A stretch of DNA of 64,000 nucleotides from a virus (lineage: Duplodnaviria > Caudoviricetes), in IMG/VR virus record IMGVR_UViG_3300014057_000005, positions 1-64,000 of that record, one strand, 5' to 3'. The position numbers and the translations under genes are program-made. Under the pieces are notes generated by a model. It was not told where the DNA came from. It made no database searches and saw only the letters and a program-made list of their open reading frames with translations. Each line of letters starts with the position of its first letter. Within the stretch, counting starts at the first letter, position 1. Below, in pieces: positions 1 to 7,708 of this stretch.

Positions 1-1295
1 GCTTTACAAAAGTGTTATTTTCAGACTTTTCACGCTATTCTGATATTTTAGAATTGCCTGACTTTTCGCTCTATTCTGATTTTAACATGGTATACATTAC
101 CGTTTGACGTAGTTTTTGTTACTACTTTTAACGCGGTATTTGATACTTTTTAACGTGGTTTTTAATGCTATTACATGTAGTTTTAAATACTATATGCAAA
201 ATTTTTTTTAGGGAAAACAAAACTTTTTTGTACGGAATCCGGAACTTAACACTTTTGTAACATTTTAAGATTTTACAATCATTGCATGATATCATGTTTA
301 AACATATTTATTTTGGAAAAATGCACAAAGTACGATATGGCCGCGCGGGGGGACGTTTCGGATTGTTAAACACGTCTAACTGACCGGAACGGATGGATGT
401 GCCTCCCCCACTCAGCATGCCATTTTGTAACACCTCTTTCCTCTCTCACCACTTTCAATCCCCTGTCAGAGGGGTCGCAGTGGGAGTTCCGGCGCAATCG
501 AGGGCGTTTTTAGGGCAGGTCGGGGATACCCCATGGGGGTATATGATGAATACCGTTCGGTTTTTTAATACCTAACGGTCTTGGGGAAACGGGCGGGTTG
601 GGGCGGCGATCATGGCGTTTGTGGGCGCGGTCGCCAAGAGAGGAAGTTGTTGGGCGGGGTTGAGGTTGGGGCGCAGTGTGGGGGTTTTCTACTTGCCTAG
701 TGGTTTAGTAGGTAAATAGGCGTGGGTTTCGGAGGGATCCGCAGCGGGTTGGAAGTCTGGAGAGCCAGAGGTTCCGGGCGGACGCGTCTTTCAGAATCTA
801 TAATTTCTATGCATTTTAGTCGCATTATAAGGTATATTTATGCAATTTATGCATATATCCATATGCTTATTAGCAAAAATTAATTGGCGGTTCTGCCAGC
901 CTTACTTTACCCTGTATTTAAGTGTCGGCTCCGATGCTAACACCATGCGGCGGATGCTCATGAAGCTGCTCCCGCCGCCACTTAAATTTTAATACTACTA
1001 CTCTTCGCCAAGTATACAGTGGAACGTAAGCAGTCCCTAAAACCCTAAAGGTGTCTTGATTTTGGGTAGCCAGAACTGAAAAGGCGTCTTGGTCGTTCGA
1101 CAGATAAGGTTCCTTACTTTTATTATAATGAAAATGGTCGGAGCCTTTTTGGTTGAATACCGCGTCCCGTTAAGGCGTGAGGCGCGATTACCGCTTTACC
1201 TAGATCTGCCCTGAAGGTCTTAGGTGCTGACGCAATTATTCATTTCTACTTCTGGCGACCAAATATTATTTTTAAAATTTCATCCGCAGAATAAT

Positions 1296-1712
1296 ATACC
1301 TTACCAGTATACTGATAAGGTTTAGTATATACCTTTCAGTATACTAATAAGGTTTAGTATACACCTTTCAGTATACTAATAAGGTTTATTATATTATATA
1401 TTATACCTATAAGGTTATTTAGAAGAAAGATATATTATACCTATAAGGTTATATTATTATATATAATATAGAAACCTATAAGGTTATATATACTAATAAT
1501 CTTATACCTATAAGGTATATTAAATAATACTATTCAGTATACTTATAAGGTTTATTATATACTACTTTCAGTATACCTATAAGGTTTATATGTATTATAT
1601 ATAATATACCTATAAGGTTTATTATTATATATATTATACCTATAAGGTATATAATATTATATAATATATACCTTTAAGGTATAAACTATATATAATATAC
1701 CTTTAAGGTATA
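1296..1712. repeat. Phased array of 13 imperfect palindromic sites (core TACCTATAAGGT) in AT-rich DNA; candidate origin/iteron or centromere-like array
   Basis: AAGGT half-sites at 1317,1349,1381,1411,1445,1480,1512,1547,1581,1614,1644,1676,1705 (29-35 bp period); ACCT-NNN-AGGT dyad in most copies. Confidence 0.85.
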
Positions 1713-1732
1713 TTATACTATATAAATATATA

Positions 1733-1761
1733 AAAATATCATATAATCCTCATATTGTCAA
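1733..1761 (-). promoter_or_regulatory. Leftward sigma-A-type promoter pointing into the repeat array
   Basis: TTGACA-17 nt-TATTTT with extended TG on the - strand. Confidence 0.45.
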
Positions 1762-2030
1762 GACCTAATTTGCCGATTCTTTGTATTTTTGCCAGAACAA
1801 TCCTTAATCGTCCCATCATCCTCCCTTTCTCTTCTGGCGATTTATTATACCAGACATGAAGTTAGAAACCTTACTAGAATAGTGTAGTAAGAATTCCTTC
1901 TGTGCAGGAAATCAATACAAGGTGCCGCGCCGAGTGCCGAAAACAGCCGTTTACGACCTCAAACATAATCTTGCGGATCCGTTTGTCCTATGTCTTTTTA
2001 CTCCCGAAAAAACAATAGTCCAAATTAATC

Positions 2031-2059
2031 TTGACAATATGATTTCAATAGGCTATAAT
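2031..2059 (+). promoter_or_regulatory. Consensus sigma-A promoter for the rha-RNAP unit
   Basis: TTGACA (2031-2036), 17 nt spacer, TATAAT (2054-2059). Confidence 0.85.
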
Positions 2060-2131
2060 ACCATTAGCGCGAGGAGGTGTGCGCAGCCAATTCGCAAAAC
2101 GTGATAATTGCTTATATAGGAAGGAGATCGC

Positions 2132-3130
2132 ATGAATCAGAGTCTGATGGTAGATGTGCATATGGACGGTAGGCATGGCGCGGTAACAACGAGCCGGAAT
2201 GTGGCGGATGTGTTTGGGAAACAGCACAAGAGTGTTCTGCGGAGCATTGAGAACCTCGATTTAGATCGGCACAATTTTGAGCAGATGTTCTATGAGACGG
2301 TTTCGCCGGACTCCTACGGGCGCAAGCAGAAGACCTATATTATGAATCGGGATGGTCTTTCTCTTCTGGCGATGGGGTTCACTGGCAAGGAAGCGATGCG
2401 CTGGAAGCTAAAGTACATTGAAGCCTTCAATCAGATGGAGCAGGCGGTTCGGTCGAAGCAGGTCGCTTCTAATCTAACAGCAGAACGGATCGGGGAACTC
2501 ATGAAGCAGGCGGCGCGAATTGCCGAAGAGGTGCGTGGGACTCCGTATGAAGCTGCGGTTCGGGCGCTGTGGGATACTCGTAGTGCGGCGGCTCCTTCTT
2601 TATTAGAAGAAAAGCATTCGGCAAAGCTGACCGCAAACCATACAGATTATAGAAGATACAGATGTGAGATCTATACCAACCAGAACCAGCGCGAAGCGAT
2701 CCGTCTAAACGCCAAGGCGTACGCGGCGGTCTGGAACTTCTACGCTAACTCTTATAATGCTTGGAGGCAGATGGGGAACGAACCGAAATCTTGGAACTGC
2801 TCTGTGTCGCCTGCGGCATTAAAGAAGACAGACGAGTACGGTTGGACGAAAGCAGCATCTTCTGTCGTTTTGGCGACCGCGATGTATTCCTTTGCAAGAG
2901 CCAGATACAATGAGCGCCGTATGATGCGCGATGAGGTTGTGAGGCTGTCGGTCAGTGGTAATCGCAATATCAGGGTCGGGAGCAACACGGTAACACTGCC
3001 GAAACTTGGTGTGCTGCGTACCACCACTCCTCTTTCTCTGTCTGGCGACATCCCGGTTCGTGCAAACCTGTCGGTTGAGAATGGTAAGTACATCCTTGAA
3101 CTTATTTGCAGAAAAGGAATTGCTTCATGA
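2132..3130 (+). CDS. Rha-family regulator fused to an IS605 TnpB-like N-terminal (HTH/REC/WED) module lacking RuvC
   Basis: Rha motifs TTSRNVADVFGKQHKSVLRSIE, YIMNRDGLSLLAMGFTGKEAMRWKLKYIEAFNQME; the C-terminal half resembles the TnpB N-terminus; RBS AAGGAG. Confidence 0.75.
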   Translation: MNQSLMVDVHMDGRHGAVTTSRNVADVFGKQHKSVLRSIENLDLDRHNFEQMFYETVSPDSYGRKQKTYIMNRDGLSLLAMGFTGKEAMRWKLKYIEAFNQMEQAVRSKQVASNLTAERIGELMKQAARIAEEVRGTPYEAAVRALWDTRSAAAPSLLEEKHSAKLTANHTDYRRYRCEIYTNQNQREAIRLNAKAYAAVWNFYANSYNAWRQMGNEPKSWNCSVSPAALKKTDEYGWTKAASSVVLATAMYSFARARYNERRMMRDEVVRLSVSGNRNIRVGSNTVTLPKLGVLRTTTPLSLSGDIPVRANLSVENGKYILELICRKGIAS

Positions 3131-3399
3131 TTTATAATGAACTTCACGACAACACGCTTGAGTTCTTCAGCGAAGACAATGTTGTTGTTGCCTCTATCCA
3201 TAGGGCAAAATTCAAAAACAGGATTCTTTCTCTGGCGAAGAAGCACCCGGATGTGTGCGATGTGGTTGAGAATGCGGACGGCACAATCTGCGCCCACTTC
3301 CCTCTCTCTTGGATCAAGATCACGCCGCCAAGAGAAATGACAGCGGAACAGCGCGAGGCGGCTAGGCAAAGACTTCTTGCTTCGCGCCAGACGCAATAG
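3127..3399 (+). CDS. Small hypothetical phage protein
   Basis: ATG overlaps the upstream stop (ATGA); ends in REMTAEQREAARQRL. Confidence 0.7.
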   Translation: MIYNELHDNTLEFFSEDNVVVASIHRAKFKNRILSLAKKHPDVCDVVENADGTICAHFPLSWIKITPPREMTAEQREAARQRLLASRQTQ

Positions 3400-3524
3400 T
3401 AATAGGGCGGTATTTTACCCAAATTTTAAAATAGCGGTTGGGTAGGATAACTTGCTCCACCGCGAATAACAATTTGAAATTTACTGAAAATAACCTAGTC
3501 TTAGCTTAGAAAGGAGAAGGTCTT

Positions 3525-6386
3525 ATTTCTTTAAAGCCAAATAAGCATACTCGGTATATTTACAAAATAGATACCGAACTTCTAAAGCGGGCCGACTGGG
3601 ATCTTCGCCTGAATTTGGAAGATGCGATCATAAACGAATTACTCGTGCCGATGGCGGATAGCGAGGTGTTCCGGGCGATTGACCGTTATAACAACGCGTT
3701 CGACATTGACGATGCGATAACAGACGTCAACCGGGAGATCCGGCGCTTGCGGAAGCTTGGACAAACGCCAGAAGCGAAAGACCAGATTCGCATACAGTAT
3801 TTGCGTCTTTACCGTATCGGTCTGCAACAGGACTATATGGAACTCGTGGTCAAAAACCCCAATGACTATCGGAAAGCTTCTAGGTCTGGCTTCTATATTA
3901 ATGGAGTAAAATATGTAAGACTGCTCGGGACTACAGGCGGTATTAAGAACAGTGTTGTTGTTTTCTGCTCGGAGCGTGTTCATGTATATCTTAGGGAGTT
4001 TCTGGATTGTGGGCGCGATACGACAAAAGAACTTGTGCCTGCAAAGTTTGGGGCGTATGAAGCACTAGCGTGTTCCTCTTCTGTTCCCGTTTCTGCTCCA
4101 CGCGGAATCATTGTTGTGCCGGATTGTATGACCTCGTTCGTTGAGGACGTTGTAACTATAAATGATGGCGACGATGGCGGAGAGCCGGTTGTTGCCGAAC
4201 AGGACGGATATGAGTTTCGACACGATGCCTCTGATGGCTTTGGTACGATGACACCGGAGCAGGCCGAGGTGTGGAGCCGCGAACTTCGTCTCGATTATGT
4301 GATGAGCGGTTGCAACACACGATATGCCTTCGAAAAAGGAATGCTCGTAGTGTTTGACCATATTGCCTTTGCGGAGCAGGTTCGCGGGGCAGATCCGGTA
4401 ACTAATCCCGATGGCTATCTGGTAAAGGATGTGTGGGGCTGTGTTCGGGATGTTAGAGACGCGAGTGTTGTCCTAACAGAGTCCATGCTTAAGCTTTGGG
4501 ACTCATATTCTTCTATGGAGTCTTATCTGGAATGTTGTAATCGTTATGGCTATAGTTTTTCAGTAACGAAAGTCCCGCCGAATAAACTGGAGAATACGTG
4601 GACGACCAACTATCAGTTCCTTCAAGGTTTTGACTTTACGGATGAGGATATTGATGAGTTTATTGCTCCAACGCTTGCCAAGTTTGATGATGTCTTTGGT
4701 GGCGACTACAGGAAAGCACTTGTATACCTTAATGGTCAAAACGCGACGCTTAAGACCTATCTGTCGCAAGATAACCCGGTCATTAAGGCGCTGATGGTCG
4801 ATCCAAACATTATTAACGATGGCGTTGTATCTGCGATCATTCGGCGAATGATTCGGAAGCAGATTGACGAAGCAAAGATGGGTAAGATTGATGTGCATGG
4901 GCATTTCGAGGTTGCCTGCGGGGATCCATATGCGCTATGGCAAAGTATTTTTGGGCTAGAAGTCACTGGTCTTTTAAAGGCTGGCGAGGTCTATTCGAAG
5001 TATTGGTCTGACAGCCGCTCACGCTCTGTTCTTGTATTTCGCGCTCCGATGACCTGCTTCGCCAATATTCGCAAGATGGATGTCGCATATGACCTTGAAA
5101 AGGAGTATTGGTATCAGTACATTCGGACAATGGTGGTCTTCAACGCATGGGATAGTTCGTGCGATGCCTTGAATGGCGAGGATTTTGACGGGGATATGAA
5201 TTTCTTAACGGACGATCCTATTCTAATGCGCAATTATCACCACGAAAAAACAATTGTCTGTATGCAGCGCAAGGCAGCCAAGTCTGTTGTGACCGACGAG
5301 AAGCTTGTAGAAAGCAATATCGCCACATTTGGCAATGAGATTGGTCAAATTACTAATCGCGCCACCGAACTCTACGACATCCGCTCAACAGTCGATCCCG
5401 AATCTTTCTTATATAAGTTGATCTCAGACCGGATTATGTGTATGCAGCATTATCAACAGTGCGCTATCGACAAAGCCAAAGGCATCAAGGCGGATCCTAT
5501 GCCAAAGAGTTGGTATGAGGGCAGGTTCATAAAGAGCAACGATGATGATACGGTCGCTCTCCGGTTCAGAAAGTATATTGACAATCAGATTGTCGCCGAG
5601 CAAAAGCCGCACTTTATGATTTATAAGTACACGACGCTTAAGAGTCAGTGGCGAAAATATCTGCGCGGGTGTCAGACTGGAAGCCAGATAAAGTTCGGGA
5701 AGTCTCTTTCGGATTTGCTTGGCAATTTCGAAGATCTGTCGCCAGAAGAGAAAGTGTTTGTACGGTATTATGTGAGGCTTGCGCCTGTTAGTAATTATAA
5801 CCATATTGTAAATCGCATTTGCGGTCGTGTCGAAAGCAGATATGACAATAAGAAGAAGTGGCAGACGAGCGGGGCGTATGACTACCACACTCTCCTATCT
5901 GGCGAACGGTACGAACAGAAGGAGTATGGGGAGGCAAAGCGTGTTCTTACAGACTTGTTTAACGCCTACGCGGAAGCTGTCGGTGCGATGAAGGCAGATG
6001 GGGACTATATGCTTGCGGAGCAAAACGCAAAGCGCGACCAACGCCACATGCTGGAGTCCTATTTTCGGGAACAGTGCATCGTGGCATGTTCAGATGACAA
6101 CCTGCGCGTTGACGTGCTGATAGATATTTGCTACAACGCCGGTACTCGTCAGCCAAGGGAATTCGTTTGGCGAATGTGTGGCGATGATATTGTACGCCGT
6201 CTTCTCTTGCGCACCGGCAAAATTTGTGTTCCGATGCAAGCTGCGCCCGATGAGGAGTACGATTTTGAGTACTGTGGCAATCGCTATGTCATGATAAAAC
6301 AGGAGGTTGAGATTGATCCAGCCGTTTTTGAACCAGAAGAAACGGGCGGAGTGGATGCTGATGCAGACCTCGCCGATGAAAATTGA
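3525..6386 (+). CDS. yonO: YonO-like single-subunit DNA-dependent RNA polymerase (related to cellular RdRPs); probable ATT start
   Basis: Catalytic DFDGD loop (LNGEDFDGD), SDGFG, KGML, FRAP and AIDKAKG motifs; SPbeta-like position before the head genes; open frame extends to ATT at 3525 behind AAGGAG. Confidence 0.85.
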   Translation: MSLKPNKHTRYIYKIDTELLKRADWDLRLNLEDAIINELLVPMADSEVFRAIDRYNNAFDIDDAITDVNREIRRLRKLGQTPEAKDQIRIQYLRLYRIGLQQDYMELVVKNPNDYRKASRSGFYINGVKYVRLLGTTGGIKNSVVVFCSERVHVYLREFLDCGRDTTKELVPAKFGAYEALACSSSVPVSAPRGIIVVPDCMTSFVEDVVTINDGDDGGEPVVAEQDGYEFRHDASDGFGTMTPEQAEVWSRELRLDYVMSGCNTRYAFEKGMLVVFDHIAFAEQVRGADPVTNPDGYLVKDVWGCVRDVRDASVVLTESMLKLWDSYSSMESYLECCNRYGYSFSVTKVPPNKLENTWTTNYQFLQGFDFTDEDIDEFIAPTLAKFDDVFGGDYRKALVYLNGQNATLKTYLSQDNPVIKALMVDPNIINDGVVSAIIRRMIRKQIDEAKMGKIDVHGHFEVACGDPYALWQSIFGLEVTGLLKAGEVYSKYWSDSRSRSVLVFRAPMTCFANIRKMDVAYDLEKEYWYQYIRTMVVFNAWDSSCDALNGEDFDGDMNFLTDDPILMRNYHHEKTIVCMQRKAAKSVVTDEKLVESNIATFGNEIGQITNRATELYDIRSTVDPESFLYKLISDRIMCMQHYQQCAIDKAKGIKADPMPKSWYEGRFIKSNDDDTVALRFRKYIDNQIVAEQKPHFMIYKYTTLKSQWRKYLRGCQTGSQIKFGKSLSDLLGNFEDLSPEEKVFVRYYVRLAPVSNYNHIVNRICGRVESRYDNKKKWQTSGAYDYHTLLSGERYEQKEYGEAKRVLTDLFNAYAEAVGAMKADGDYMLAEQNAKRDQRHMLESYFREQCIVACSDDNLRVDVLIDICYNAGTRQPREFVWRMCGDDIVRRLLLRTGKICVPMQAAPDEEYDFEYCGNRYVMIKQEVEIDPAVFEPEETGGVDADADLADEN

Positions 6387-7248
6387 TGGGCAATTCTATT
6401 ATGATATCAATATTGTTGCCTGTTATTTCCTAAGTTGCGGGAATAGCGATGAGGAAATTTCGGAAATGCTCCATACCCTGATTGCACGTTTCGACAAAAA
6501 TTATAAAAAGCGAAACTGGGAAGAAAGAGTGGCTCAAATAGTACAGACCGCGCACCGTCGCAGGCTTATCGAAATTGATGCGTTGCCCGTATACCAAAGC
6601 GAGATGGAGCAGATTCAGAAGCTGCGCGGCAAGACAGTCCAAAAAATAGCGTTTACTGCTTTGGCCATTGCAAAATACAATAACGTCCTGCACGAGACAA
6701 ACGAAGGCTGGGTTAATATAACACCGAGCGATTTATTCACTCTGGCTAATGCTTCTGCGTCTTCGGTACAGAAGACAAAGATGCTTAGAGACTTAATGCT
6801 TGGCGGTCTGATTAAGATGTCGAACAAGGTGGATTCGACAAATTTTCGAGTACTGTTCCTAAGCACCGGCAACAATGATGATTTGATCGTCTACGATATA
6901 ACGGATCTGCGTAATCTTGGTTATGCATACGAGGAAGCCTTTGGTGGCAAGTTTGACAGGTGTGAGGTGTGTGGCAGGCTAATTCGTCGGCTGAAACGTA
7001 AACGTCATTACTGTAATGATTGCATCACAAAGTATGGCTATAAGGACACCGGGAGAGTTCGAAAGCCAGCCGGTGTATATATTGTCAGCTGTGTGGATTG
7101 CGGTCATTCGTTTTTAGTCGATGGAAAAGCGTTTGGGAAAAAGGTCAGATGTGATGAGTGTCAACACAGGCGCGATCTCGAATTGACCCGCGAACGGATG
7201 CGTAGGGTGCGCGAGGAAAATTCTTGTTACGCTGACAACTTGCAGTAA
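6313..7248 (+). CDS. Protein downstream of the RNAP with C-terminal Zn-finger (four CxxC pairs)
   Basis: CEVC, CNDC, CVDC, CDEC; TTG start 6 nt after AGGAGG; overlaps the RNAP end. Confidence 0.7.
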   Translation: MIQPFLNQKKRAEWMLMQTSPMKIDGQFYYDINIVACYFLSCGNSDEEISEMLHTLIARFDKNYKKRNWEERVAQIVQTAHRRRLIEIDALPVYQSEMEQIQKLRGKTVQKIAFTALAIAKYNNVLHETNEGWVNITPSDLFTLANASASSVQKTKMLRDLMLGGLIKMSNKVDSTNFRVLFLSTGNNDDLIVYDITDLRNLGYAYEEAFGGKFDRCEVCGRLIRRLKRKRHYCNDCITKYGYKDTGRVRKPAGVYIVSCVDCGHSFLVDGKAFGKKVRCDECQHRRDLELTRERMRRVREENSCYADNLQ

Positions 7249-7438
7249 TAAAAAAAATAAAATCCCCTATATGGGGAATTAAAATTGGGTCGTGTCTGTT
7301 ATCTTTAATGGATAGGGAAATAATATAGGTTATTTCTGTTATCACACAAATGTTTAGAATTCGCGTTTATCGCGCCTCGTGCAAGGATCAGACGCGTCTA
7401 AGATAATACGAGGCTCCCGGGTTACAGGCTCGGGACAT

Positions 7439-7509
7439 GTCTGCTTGGTGTAAGTCCGGCAGCACAACTGGCGTCCCCAGAGATCCGTGTTCAAATCGCG
7501 GAGCAGACA
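7439..7509 (+). ncRNA. tRNA-like RNA with shortened (13-nt) anticodon arm
   Basis: Acceptor GTCTGCT/AGCAGAC, D stem GTGT/GCAC, T arm CCGTG-TTCAAAT-CGCGG, anticodon arm CTGGCGTCCCCAG. Confidence 0.65.
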
Positions 7510-7592
7510 TTGATTCCATGCAACTGCGTATTCGCAGTAATAAATCTTCCTTTAGTTATAAGGGTTTGTGGGATTGCGCACATCCTACAACG

Positions 7593-7660
7593 CGAGGCTT
7601 AGTTTAAGTAGTAAAACGAGTTCCCAGAACTTATTGCCGGTGCAAGTCCGGCAGTCTTGT
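7593..7660 (+). ncRNA. Second tRNA-like RNA with shortened (13-nt) anticodon arm
   Basis: Acceptor CGAGGCT/AGTCTTG, D stem GTTT/AAAC, T arm GCCGG-TGCAAGT-CCGGC, anticodon arm AGTTCCCAGAACT. Confidence 0.6.
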
Positions 7661-7708
7661 TTAAGCCACAAATTGTGGCATGAAAAAGCAGCCAGAGGTG
7701 AATTAGTC

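Noticed and set aside
1296-1712. CRISPR or TIGR array
   Set aside because: Spacers are short, low-complexity AT runs with an irregular period, and there is no cas or tas gene in the window
600-3300. Recurrent TGGCGA motif as a Chi-like signal
   Set aside because: Many copies can be explained by Gly-Asp/Glu or Leu-Ala codons, and enrichment cannot be established without counting
2648-3400. Intact IS200/IS605 element
   Set aside because: No RuvC or Zn-finger region, no tnpA and no recognisable ends
7568-7708. N-terminal extension of the nuclease ORF
   Set aside because: Overlaps a tRNA-like RNA and lacks an RBS
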